Translations under genes and position numbers: made by a program | The notes under the pieces: generated by a model | What the model was told of the DNA's origin: nothing | The model's input: the letters and a program-made list of their open reading frames with translations, nothing else | Database searches by the model: none | In this document: positions 50,001-62,492 of the stretch, piece by piece | Numbering within the stretch: position 1 is the first letter of the stretch | Layout of the letters: each line of letters opens with the position of its first letter | DNA from: Geosiphon pyriformis uo1 | Lineage: Eukaryota; Fungi; Glomeromycota | DNA: 64,000 nucleotides | NCBI GenBank assembly: GCA_016748015.1 | Contig: JAAOMT010000222.1 | Coordinates: 747,924 to 811,923, forward strand | Direction of reading: 5' to 3'

Positions 50001-52140
50001 TATGTTTCAAAGAGATATTATCTCAATAGAAACAAAGTATTATATGAAAACAAGTCTGAAATTACTTTATTCAAGACAACCAACTATATTAATGAGAATG
50101 CTAAAACTGCTCCACTTCACAACGAGTTATAAAGAACAATAAAAAGAAAACTATATTACATAGTATGCATTCTGATTCAATTGTAGAACACTTTAACAAA
50201 GATACCACCCTCAAAAGAACACTAAATTTATACTATTGGCCAATAATATACAAAGACATTTTCGAATATGTGTTCAATTGTAATGCATGTTAGCAAAAAG
50301 AAGGAGCAAGATTAACAGAACCACTTCAACCCATTCCAGTTGGAAATCTATTTGATAAAATTGGGATTGATTTGGTTGAACTTCTTTCAATTACATCCTA
50401 AAAAAATTTCTATATTACTGTAGCTGTAGACTATCTTACAAAATGGCCAAAAGCCAAAGCAATCCAAGTGGCCAACACCAAAACAGTAGCTGAATTTGTG
50501 CATCAAGACCTAATTTGCTGACATGAATGCCTAAAAAAATTATTATCTGATCAGAGAACACATTTTGTTAATAATACACTAACTGAACTAAGCCAACAGT
50601 TTGGAATAAAGTGACTTTTATTGTTATCATACCATTTACAAACAAATAGACTGGTAGAATAATTTAACCAAACACTATGCAAAGCATTAGCAAAAATAAG
50701 TCATAAAAACAAACAAAAATAGGACTTATTCATATCTTCTGTACTCTTTGTATACCAAATATTGAAACAAAATATGGCTCAGTTCATATCATTCAAACTA
50801 GTCTATAGAAGAAAAACTACATTACAGATTGAACAAGTAATATCAGCATACCCAACAGAAACAATCAATGAAAAAAAATTTGAAGCTATCTTATACCAAA
50901 GAATGTACCAGCTAATGGAAACATTGGAAAACAATTGAAGAACACCAGTTGACAATATTAATTATACTCAAGAACAACAAAAAGAAAGACATAATAACCA
51001 CCTATCAGAACAACCAATGGAATTTAAGATTGGAGACCAAGTACTATTACATTGTACAAAAACTGAGAAACAGTAGAGTGAAAAGTTTGATCCAAAGTGG
51101 GACGGTCTATTCCACATACATGAAGCTTTAGAAAATAGAGCTTACAAATTATGATTAGAAGACAGGATTTTAAAGAAGGTAGTACATAAAAATTGGTTAA
51201 AAATTTATCATATAAAACAGGAATCATTATTATCAGTACTTCAGCTAAGAACACAAATTTTATTAATCAGACCAGAAGATATACCACAAGATCTGGAACC
51301 AATTATTATCATCAAAATATAGACAATGTGCAGCAAATTAAAATAGGGAATTCAAATATATATAGCATCTGAAAAAATAGCAAGAAACAATAAAACTTTC
51401 AACATAGACTTGTTAGATCAAATTCTACAATTTTCAAAACAATTATTTAACACAATTCAACAATTTTCTGCTCAAATAAAAGTGACAATCAATAGAAAAA
51501 AAATACACTATAAAGACAGAAGCAAGAAAAGAATAAGCACGAGTTCAACTAGAACTAACTGTTCCCATCTCTATACTCCACTCAAAAAAGGAATTAAATT
51601 GTCTTAGGCGGGGCTTGAAAAAAGCATGGAGGAACAAAAAAAAGTTTATAAAAGAAGATACTTGGTATCTAAGCTGGAAAAAATCAAAGAAGCTTTAGCT
51701 CATGGGATCAATCTCCCCAAAACAGGAGAATGGACACCAGACAATGCAAAGGAATAGAAAGAAAGACTTCTTCCAGCTTATTGGTTCTACAAAATAGGTA
51801 AACAATTAGACTTAAAGACACCATATGGAGACTTCAGCCAGAAAACTTTCAACAAAGAAGCAATGCAACAAGTAGAAAAATTCATAGGAAGAAGCAACTT
51901 GACTCTATATTACAAAATAGTATACCGACTATACATTGCTTCTCAATATTGTCCGAATATACTGTTATATAGATCTATAAAAATGATAACAGTTAACAAC
52001 ATAAGATGAATTACCAATTGACAGTTTAAAGACCTATGAAAAACAATACTCGACGCAACCATTGAATATTACACAAGCAAAAACATAGGAACAGATACAT
52101 ATAATTTCACAAGAGCTCAATTCTAAAAAGAAAAAGATAA

Positions 52141-53126
52141 TATTATCCAAGTAGAAAAACCAATTCAAAGTTATAAAGAAACATGACCATAACATAACAT
52201 AATACAGAATAGTGTGCAATAATATTGGATAATGCATTATAACTTAGGATAGCACAGGATAATGCATTATAATGTAGGATAATACAAAATAATATGTAAT
52301 AACACCAGATAACGTATTATAACATAGGATAACTAGTAATAATATAGAAGAACAAAGCAATAGTTAGCAATAATAAAACAATCAAAAGCAATCTTGTAAA
52401 ACCAAAAAAATATATAAAAATAAGTAGTTGTAGAAGATAAAAACAAAGACAAATAGATATGAACCCCTAAACAAAAATCAAATATTCTTACACCTTCTAT
52501 CATTTATTTTATTTCATCTTCATTTTCTGAAATAAATCAATTATCAAGAAATCAGAATCACAAATTCATGTTCTCAAACTTTGTAGAATATACATGAATT
52601 AACTATTGTTTTGTATCTTCATTTTAGAACAGATGCTTTTAGTATAACTGCTTCAAACTATTAACAATTTGAACTAATTGTTCTTGATTATGGTGATTGA
52701 CAATACTAATTTTTTTTTTATTTTTTTTTATTTTTATTTTATTTATTTTTCTGTGGAGCAGCAACATAGTAAAATCAACTGTCTGGAAATAGACTTTGTG
52801 ATAATCTGGTAAAAAAAAAAGCTTCTCCTAGGGTTTTGGATATTAACGTTATCTTAATAGCTTACCAAAAGAGCAAAAAAACAATGTTAGACCCTAATGA
52901 TTATGCTTGTTAGCTCGGAAAAAAAAGCTCACCTTTATAAAAAGTTGTAATCAGTGAGAACCAAAACTCTGTGCTTTATAACTAAAAAACTCAACAGGTA
53001 AATTCACATCCAGAAAAGATCTTCAGAAACTGATAAACATCAACCCTGTAAAAAACATACAATCTTAGAATACTAAATTAGAGCACCAAACATTACTACC
53101 ATACCCCATTAAGTTTACCTATAACA
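52141..53126 (+). repeat. 3' LTR of element B (986 bp)
   Basis: TATTATCC (initial TG mutated to TA)...CCTATAACA; preceded by the PPT. Confidence 0.92.
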
Positions 53127-56100
53127 ATGAACAAGGTCCAATCACTATCTAATACAATATAATCATATAGAGTTTTAAATTAGATATGACTTACACATTT
53201 TTTACATGTAACCAGTTACTTAAGCCAGTTCAGGCTATACTATGTTGATGTACTAGAAGAAAACTTACTCAAAGACAACATTTTTTGAATAACAAGAAAC
53301 AAAGTCACACTGCAAGAAACCAATCTAAACAGCCATTCAGCTGTTTTCAAGACATTAGTTTTAATATTAATAACCTCATGTTCCCAAAGAAACATCAAGT
53401 TAGAAAACATTTTATCATCCAAACCAATTGGATGCTTTGAATTACCAGACATATCAATATTCTCCATACAGCACTCTTTTTTTAAAGAAACTACTTCCTT
53501 TCTCAACTTACCAACAACTTTACTAAAAAAACCCAAATGTACTATAATCTCATTGATCTTAAGGCCAAGTTTACTGCTTAAGACCAAATTTTTATTAATA
53601 AATTGTTCGAACAATTTAACCAAAGAACCAACTGGTTTAACAATAGACTCAACCAAAGCAGAAAGCTTGACCAAATCAGACTCCACAAAAGTCAATTAAG
53701 CAGACACCACAGAATCACTAACAACCATAGAAGAAAAAGTAGGAGCTATTAGAGGAGGAAACCCAGAAGAATCCAAAGAAGTAGAAACTTTTACATAAGA
53801 AATACCACTCACAAAATAAGACTTAAATACCTTGAGAGTCTTGAAAGAAGAAGGTGGAGAAATCTTGCAGTTTACAGCCAAATGGCCCACTTTTTAACAC
53901 CTAAAACAGCACTAACAACCAGAAATTTCCCACCAAATATGGCATTTTCTTAAGATACCAGTTTTGACAACTACAGAATCCAAATTAACTTGAGAACCAA
54001 ATATAATCAGAGCAAACTAAGAACAATAACCAGAATTAGGCAAACAAAGAATAAAACAAGTCCAGTCACCAATTTGGGAGATTATATTACTAATCTTAAA
54101 AACAGTACAGCCAGAAAAAAGATTGACCAACTTGGTCTTGAACCAATTACAAAACAAAATTGTTTTATTCTGATTGATAAGAAAAAGAATACGAATACTA
54201 TCTTTGCCTACCAAAATTAACCAGTAAGTAAGAGCAAAGACAGCAGCATCCAAATTTTTAAAATAAACAACCACATATTGCCAAACACCAGCAAACTTTA
54301 GCATGACATAAGAAATTTCACAAAAAACCTCAAAAGCTGACTTAATATTGGCAGCAGACACATCCAAAAGCATATCATGCAGTGCAACAGCAGCAGAAGA
54401 AAAACCAAACTCAGAAACCACCAAAGACTTGGCAATTTTAAGAGTGGCAAGACAAACAGAGCTTGTAAACTCAACCAAAAATGCAACATTCAAAGAACTT
54501 TGGAAGGCAAACTTAACACAAAAGAGTTTCATATTGTTCTTAAAGACAGATTTTGCATCCAAAAAACCATGTATAAACAGAAAAGCAGTCTTAACATAAG
54601 CCAATTTGATCTTGAAAATAGCACCAGGTACCAAAGTAGAGGCCACTTACTCAGCAAATCTTTGATGACTAATAATAGTTTTCCAAACACTACCAGAAGT
54701 AATATCAGAAATTAGAGAAGGAAATGATTCAGTTTCTATTTGATCAGCCCAGTTCTTAAGAACAGGTGACCCAACAGGAGGAGATTGTTTTGCTTCTAAA
54801 ACCAGCAATGATCTACTAAAAGACACCACATTTGGCAATACAATTAATGATTGATCTAAGCCTATTTTGGATGACATGCTGGATAATACTATAAAGATTT
54901 CATCTAAGATCTTATTGGGAATCACAAAAGGGTTTGGTGTAACAATAGCAGAGGCAAGCAATTGTCCTCACTTTTCTAAACTTTTGGTATTTCTTTTAAA
55001 GAGATGGTATTAGCAGTACTAGATGTTGAATCTATGAAGAGAAAGACCAGTTTATTTACTAGTCTATTATTAAAACTTTTGGGCTTTTAGTTGGAATGGA
55101 GGCAATATTGGAACTAATCTAAGTGTGTCTCTTTGAGAGAATTTTGACTGGTAAAAAACCAGCCAAAGATGAAAAAGTTGCTTCAGTAACTACTAAAGAC
55201 AGTTTTTTACAATTACTGAGTAAAAGAAAGACTTCTAAAATGTTTTGCCTAGTTGTTTCTACCACAGAAAGAGTTTCTTTGGTTGAAATTTTATTAGATA
55301 TTTCAGAAAAGATATCAGGTGCAGCTTTTTTACTCTTTGCTCTGGTCATGGTCATAAAAATAAGGAGACAAAGAGTTTAATAAAACATAATATTAAATTT
55401 ATAATTTTTTTTTAAATAATAAACATTGTTTTTAAATAATTTTTGAAATTTATAACAATTTTTTAATATTTATTTTTTAAATTTAATATTAAAAAATATT
55501 TTAACTTTTTAAAAGCATTTAACATATTATTAATTTAAAATAAAAAATAAAAATTTTTAGTTATAATATTGTTAAATTATTAATAGTTTATACAAAATTA
55601 GAACTTTTTATATATAAATATTATTAATAAAGTTTATAAATTTATTAAAAATTAAATAAATCTATTGTTATATTTCTTTTTTAATAAATTAATAACTGGT
55701 TAGTAATACTTAATAAGTTTGTTATTGTTTTAGTTTGATATTTTTTGTATATATTTTGTATTAATTAAATTAGTCTTTTCTAAAATATTATTTTAAGTAA
55801 ATATATTAACATATTTTACAATAAGCTGTTTGAACTGTTTTTGTTAATGTTGTTTTAACTGTTTTATGTTAATTTAAAATAATTTTTTAACAATATAATA
55901 ATTTTTAATAATAATAACTTGTAAAATTTAAAATTATTTAAAACATCTTTTCTTAAAAAATATTGTTATATATAATTTTAAAATCTAAATAATTGAATAA
56001 AATAACTGAATGGCTGGTAAAGTTGTAAAAAATGATGTTAAACTTTTTTACTTTTTTAAAAAAATAAATATTAAGAATTAAAATTTTGTATTTGCAAATT

Positions 56101-56310
56101 TGTTTATTGAATTGAAAATCTGTTAAGTTGTCATAAATCTTGGATGATGTTTTCTAATATATTTTAATTCAATGTATTTAATAATGATATATTTATTAAA
56201 ACAAAATACTAAAAAACAAATTATTCAGAATTAAAAATTTAAATTTCTATATATTAAAATGGTTTATTCCCCTTAACTGGTGTGTCAACGATTTTTGGCT
56301 TTTTTACAAC

Positions 56311-58183
56311 TTATCTTTCTGGTGTTCCCTCCAAATTCTTCCTTTTTGCTCCAGTGATTAATTGAATCTTTTTTTTATTAAATTCACACAGGGTGTTCGT
56401 TGTTGCATCCAATTCCCTCTTGTATTCCTTTAACATAAAGTACACCAATTTTATGTTGTCAAGATCTTGATGAGAAGATGGAAGAGAGGCCTCATCCATT
56501 AAAAGCAAATGAAATAAACCTCCACTTGCAACAAGTGAATAAACTTTGATCTCGCGACCTAATTCCATTATAATTTAATAATTATTTATCTTGTAAAAAA
56601 TTGTGAAACATCTTGTATTACAATACTTACCAACTACTATGAGACCCCAATAAACCAAGTTTCCTATATCTACGCGAATCAACTGATCTTCAGCGGATGT
56701 CCACGAGTCCCAAAGTTCCAATCCCAATTTAAGTATGTCATTCCATTCTTTAGATCGTGAACACCGAGGAAGACCACCAGCCACTTCTAAACATCCAACA
56801 ACTGGGTTCCAATAAAGATTTTGGTACTCAATTATTGCATCGACTTTATAGCCAATCCGTGCACGGTCATAAGGATCTCTTTCTTTGTTTCTGCACATTA
56901 CCATCTCTGGAAGCGAATGCTCACTACTAACATTTTAATATAATAATGTAAGCAGATTTGTGTAAATACAAACCAATAATATTCATATTTCTTTATTTCC
57001 TATTTTACCCAGTACTGGTCGTCATTTCTAAAAATGGCATCCAACAAAGGAAGGACATTGCGACCTTGGTGTTCTTCGGATAAATCATTTTTTTATCATT
57101 GTCACGGAATCAAGGCTGAAAAAAATAAACAACTGTTAAATATCATTTTTAAAAAGTGATCAATTATATACCATACTTACAGGCGGCTAACAAGCTTTTT
57201 AAGAGTTTTTTCTTTTACTGTATTTGCTAGAACGTCATCCAACATCTTTTGCCTACAAAATAAAGTATTTAACAAAAAAGTATTTTAAATAAAAAATACT
57301 AATTACCATAATAAGCTTATCAAAAAAGTACTCCGCCTCTTCAGAAAGCCTTGGAACAGAAAAATGCGTCTCCTTCGGAAGCACATTCAAGATCTGCGGG
57401 AGAACATCAACTAAAAGTTTTGATGTAGCCCCATGAAACCCTGAATGGTCAACTATATAATAATGCAAAGGGTTAAAAAAAAGACTTTAAAATTTAAATA
57501 CGATGGGTAAAAAAACCAAAAAACAATGGAAATTGAAAAAAGCAACTCACCCGCAGACACATCGCTCTTGACTCAACTCCCCGCGATATGTCTCCACCCT
57601 TTCCATTACCTTATCCCAGTATACACCATCTTCTGATTCCTCAGTGGTCCTAAACACAGAAGAATTTAATATCAAATTCCCAAAATCATTGAAACAATGT
57701 AGACGAAAGTTAGCCTTACGATGGAAGGTACTCTTCTTCAGAGCCCCTGACTTGCCAGAATCCTTCGACGGCTATGGGAATTTTTGGCGTCCTTGAATGA
57801 GATTGCTTAATATGATAAAGCTGCAGAAAGTGCAGGTCTAAACTACCCAACAACAGGTAAACCAGGGATTGCCCGAATGTATCGTATTCCATTGCCACAC
57901 AGCTTTGGAAACCAATAACAGGCCTGGAAGATCCTACGCGTAATCCATCGTCGCAGAAACGGAAATAAAAGCAGTTATATACCTCCCAATTTTCGAAGAG
58001 TTCTTGCGCTTTTTTTGCATGCGCTTCATTTTGGTCACGGCATATTTTTTTTAATAGTGTCAAGAATATGCTATGTTGCTCGAGTTTGTTCATTCGACCT
58101 CTGTTGACACACCACTCAAGAAAATTTAGTAAGGACTACTCCGCAACCTTCGTTTCAACAAAGTACATTTTTGATTCGACCAT
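56311..58183 (-). pseudogene. Intron-containing PD-(D/E)XK restriction-endonuclease-fold gene (Crinkler/CR-REase-like), probably a pseudogene
   Basis: C-terminal 'SEHSL...RNKERD...RIGYKVDAII...VGCLEVAGG...WNDILKL...VYWGLIVVG REIKVYSL...LP' resembles the D...E REase core of expanded fungal CR-REase families. In-frame TAG at codon 16 (YFVETKVAE*SLLNFL, plausibly TGG>TAG) and a second stop near 57000. Exon structure only partly resolved. Confidence 0.6.
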
Positions 58184-58680
58184 GACTTCTGGAGTTGGCT
58201 AGTAACGGTGATGAGAAAAAGGTGTCAGGTTCAAATTTGGGGTGTTTCACTTTATCTGTTTAAGTGAAGCAAATTTAGTAGTAAAGAGTCAACAAAGTGT
58301 GGGTTCAAGGCTTGAGAAATCGAAGTGCGTTTAGTCGTAGTGTGGTAAAGTAACTGATAAAGTAGTGTGTTAAGTCAGAAATAACGCGTAAAAACGACAG
58401 GGCCAAATAGAATTTTTTTCATGGTGACCCACTCTACTCATAACAGGGTCATGGAACGTCACTAATAGCAAAGCCACTACAAGTTCACTCACGGCCTGTC
58501 GTTAATATCAATCCGCCCTGCGACTAATATTAATTATTTTTATTATTTACCCGTTTAAGTTTTATAATAGTACCACCACCCAAAAGGCTTAGAAAATTAT
58601 GTGTTAAAAAAGCCTCTTTTTGAAAGATCTATTAATCATCATTTTTCAATATCCAAAATTTTGAAAGATAAGAAATAAAG

Positions 58681-59412
58681 TTATATTAAAACACATATTC
58701 CTGTTATAATAATTAATATGTAACTTAAGCTGATTATAATAGCCGGGGACCAAGGTAAGCAAAGACTTGAAGTATTAGTCGGCAAGGCGCCACTCAAAGT
58801 TGCCGTCTTGGTATTTTCGGAAGCGTCGGTTGGAGGTGTCACTACGACTGTTTGAACAATTTCTGAAACAGTACTAGTTGAAGCAAAGGTTTTTCCTTCA
58901 GAATTCGTTGTGTACACTATGCTAGTTGTCGACTTTTGAATTGTAGAAGTATATGTTATAGGACCTTTAGTTACTGTAGCAGTAGGAATTGAAGTTAACG
59001 CAGGAAAGTTATAGCGAATAAGCTGTTTCCCTGTTATTTGGGATCCACTCATTTTCACTGTGTATATCTCAGTAAAGACAATCCCCCAAGTTCCCCCAAA
59101 AACATCGTTAGGAATAGGAAACTGTATTGTACGTGTTGTATTTCCACCATCTTGTAGTAAAGGAGCAACCGAGTTAATGGTATATGTATTTGTACTTTCC
59201 GAGACTAGTGGTTGCAATCCTATGTTCAACGAGTTTATCGTATATAATCCTGCTGGGTCATTATATACATAGTAAGTGATTACTAGGTCTTTGCCACCGT
59301 TTATTATCGAGGGTTGCTTTGGTTCAATATTTTGAATTTGTGCCAAAGTCCTCCTTGTTAAGAAGAGAAATATAAATGTAAAAAATAAAAAGGTATTTTT
59401 ATTAAAACTCAT
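58681..59412 (-). CDS. Secreted Ser/Thr-rich cell-surface protein with C-terminal hydrophobic anchor (GPI or single TM)
   Basis: Intronless 243 aa. Signal peptide 'MSFNKNTFLFFTFIFLFLTRRTLA|Q', beta-rich N-domain, Thr/Ser stalk, terminal 'IIISLSYILIIITGICVLI'. Confidence 0.8.
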   Translation of the reverse strand: MSFNKNTFLFFTFIFLFLTRRTLAQIQNIEPKQPSIINGGKDLVITYYVYNDPAGLYTINSLNIGLQPLVSESTNTYTINSVAPLLQDGGNTTRTIQFPIPNDVFGGTWGIVFTEIYTVKMSGSQITGKQLIRYNFPALTSIPTATVTKGPITYTSTIQKSTTSIVYTTNSEGKTFASTSTVSEIVQTVVVTPPTDASENTKTATLSGALPTNTSSLCLPWSPAIIISLSYILIIITGICVLI

Positions 59413-59719
59413 TTTGGTTTTATCTATTCAGGGCGTCATAGAAATGAAAAAAAGAGGAAAAAGGAACTTTTATTTAAATAACGTGTACATTCATTTTAAC
59501 ATTCTATACGCGTCACACAATTGCTATCATGCTAAAGTATAGTACTACCTAAAATTCACATGAAAAAGCGCATACAGGTGCATAATCATTATATATACGT
59601 TAATTTATATTATTCCTTATTATTTGGATTTATACTACTAATCATTGGCAATTTTTTTTGAATAAGGATTTTTTCACATTTCAAATCGCAGTCCCTCTTC
59701 CTGATTCAAATTTGTTTTC

Positions 59720-61938
59720 ATGAAAGGCGCACATTATTACGACCTTCTAGGTATCTCCCCAGAGGCGTCAGAAAATGAAATCAAGAAGGTGATTATTCAT
59801 AAAGGTTTTCATCTTTGAATATAGACTAAAAAAAATTTCTTTCATTTCACCTAGTCCTACCGCAAGTTAGTAAGTTATCGATTAAAAGTCTGCACTTGGA
59901 TTTTATTAGTCTTTGAGGCTTTATTAAACGGCCACTCCGGGCCATAGCAACTAAGTCAGACCCTCCTAGCATACTACTGCTGAAAGTGTGTTGACCTGAG
60001 AACTCGTTCAGCCAATTTCAGTTTGTTGCCTTGTATCGTTATAAATTTGCAAAATCCAGCCAAAATCCAAATTATTTTGCACTTTTTCTTTGGATTTTGC
60101 AGTATGATACCACGATTTGGCCTTGAAGGATTGCTATTGGGACGTTCATTGAAATTACAGCGTACACACATTCTCAAAAGTGCTCTCCTTTAAACCTAAT
60201 CTTTTCGTACAACTTCAATATGTTACGGGTTTGGATAGGCTATGAAATACCACCCCGATAAGAATCCAGATGAAGATGCCTCTGAACGATTTAAAGAAAT
60301 TAGTCATGCATATGACGTATTAAGTGATCCTGAACAAAGGTAATTATGTTTATATAGGATCCAGATAATTTAGCATTTTCAAATTTAATACTATTCTTTG
60401 AATTAATCAAAATAGGAGGTTGTATGACCAATATGGTGAAGAAGGTTTAAATGGTGGTTCCACGGGCGGATTATCTCCTGAAGATTTATTTTCTTTCTTC
60501 GACTTTGGTGGCGCATTTCCAGGTGGGGTCATATTATCTGATATTTATGTGAATATTTTCTCTTTTGAATAATACAATTCATTTATTTAAATTGAATGAA
60601 TATTAATTATAGGGGCTCCAAAGGCTCGACCAAAAAGAGGGGCTGACATTACCAAGCCTTTTAGTGTCACATTGGAAGATCTGTACAATGGAAAGACTGC
60701 AAAAATTTCATTACAAAAAGATATTGTTTGTCCTACTTGCCAGGGGTAATTTAGTTATAACTTTTTTTGAGGTGATACTTATCTATACTTTATTAAAACT
60801 AATGTGATTATTTTGCTGGTTCTTAGGAAAGGCGGTAGGACGGGGGCTACGAAAAAATGTCATAGTTGTAATGGTAACGGAATAAAAGTAATTACTCGAC
60901 AAATTGGCCCGGGAATGATTCAACGATCTCAAACCCTTTGTCAAAATTGTACGTATCATCCAAACCTACCCGTGTATTTTGATCGACTTCAAACCCTCTG
61001 ATCTTTTTTCCCAATGAATTATCATCAAGGTAATGGTGAGGGTGAAGTAATAAGAGAAAAGGATAGATGTAAAAAGTGTAAAGGCACAAAAGTAATAAGT
61101 GAAAAGAAATATTTAGATATATTCATTGAAAAGGGTATGCAAAACGGTCAAAAGATAATAATGGCAGGGGAGGCCGATCAAGAGGTATATTTTGCAACCG
61201 AAATCGTCCTAATCTTTTCTCCTTGATGCTAATTTAAATCGTTGATTTTTTTTAGCCGGGTGTTGAAACGGGTGATGTCATTCTCCATTTACAACAAAAA
61301 CCACATGACGTATTTGAACGTCAAGGAAATGATTTGAAAACTAAGGTGACTATTACATTAACGGAGGCTTTATGTGGCTTCTCTAAGGTACTCGTTAAAC
61401 ACTTGGATAAACGTGGACTTGTCGTCAATCACCCAGCCGGTGAAGTAATCAAACCTGGCGATATAAAATGCATAGTAGATGAAGGGATGCCAACATACAA
61501 ACAGCCTTATGACAAAGGAAATCTATATATAGAATTTGATATAAAATTCCCAGAATCTATGTGGGCTAGCCCGGAGATGTTGAATGTAAGTGTAGATTTG
61601 AGCAGTTGCCTTCATTTTTAAGATATTTCCTTAAAAAGATATTCAAATTGTTGCAAGGTCCTGGAATCTGTTTTGCCCGCTCGTCCGCCACCAGAAAAAA
61701 CAAATCGTAATGATGTCATAGACGAAGTACAATTAGTAGAGCGTGATTTCACCCAGGTAGGTTTAAAAATTAATCATACACAATTCATAAGCCAAATCAT
61801 CCCATTTACATAACCTGACTTCATCGCTAGTTTGGGAACAAGAAAGAAAAAGTTGGTAATGTATGGGACGAGGAAGATGACCTCGAAGAGGATGAATATG
61901 ATGAAGATGAGCATACAGTTAATTGCAATCAACAATAG
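59720..61938 (+). CDS. Type I Hsp40 / DnaJ co-chaperone (Ydj1/Xdj1/DNAJA family), multi-exon
   Basis: J domain '[33 protein letters not shown]', four CxxCxGxG-type zinc repeats ([30 protein letters not shown]), '[14 protein letters not shown]', 'LTEALCGF', 'EGMPTYK', C-terminal CaaX 'CNQQ*'. Confidence 0.93.
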
Positions 61939-62492
61939 GACATTCATCATTTATTTACTTTGATCATAATGCATATTTAAATATAACCAATAACCTTGTA
62001 TTTTTGAAGAGCTCAAGTTTTTTCTCAACAGAAATAGTAGAATTATGAGACAAATATATAAATCCTATTTTTAAAATTAAAATTTAGTAATTTTCATAGT
62101 CTTATGGACCTTTACAGGAAAAGTTAAATTACATCATAGCGGTACAATTTCTTGATCAAATAAAGTATCGCCAATGTGACTATTCCTACTATGTTAGTAA
62201 CGATGGGCGTAACAGCAATGATGGTATTTTTAGTTTCGAGAAAAAGAATGTTCCAATCCCAAGAAATAGTCGTGATGTCATATATTCACTTTGGTTTTGT
62301 TACACGCCCCATATAATCCAGTTAATAGCTAGTACTGATAAAGTTTCTTACAGTTGATCTTCCTCAAAAAGTAAAAATATCATTTTTAAGTTCAGTATGA
62401 ATTGAGGCTTAGAGGCGGAGGACCAAGTTTAAAGAACTTATTTGTAGATATTAACGTAGATTGCTTTTAGTGATTCGTTTGTAAACCTATCA

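Larger units (their letters stand above)
43099..53126 (+). mobile_element. Full-length Ty3/Gypsy LTR retrotransposon (element B, family 1) with dUTPase; more decayed than element A
   Basis: LTRs 43099-44081 and 52141-53126, PBS TGGTGCTCTCTGTAAGA 44084-44100, PPT ~52125-52140, TSD ATAA/ATGA. Same domain order as element A (dUTPase ~47690-48120 'AGFDL...KIAQAMF...GINGFGS'; RT YLDD degraded to YLNN). Confidence 0.95.
43074..55381 (-). mobile_element. ORF1-only non-autonomous LINE derivative (HAL1-like 'half-LINE'), split by Gypsy element B; body 55381-53127, tail 43098-43074
   Basis: One degenerate ~700-codon ORF1-like frame 55355-53240 with LINE ORF1 motifs ('VWQYVVVYF', 'GKDSIRI', CCHC 'CFRC..GHLAVNC'). 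It is followed directly by the LINE 3' UTR, whose last bases and T-tract lie on the other side of element B. Candidate TSD AAAACATAAT at 43065-43074 and 55382-55391. Confidence 0.8.
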
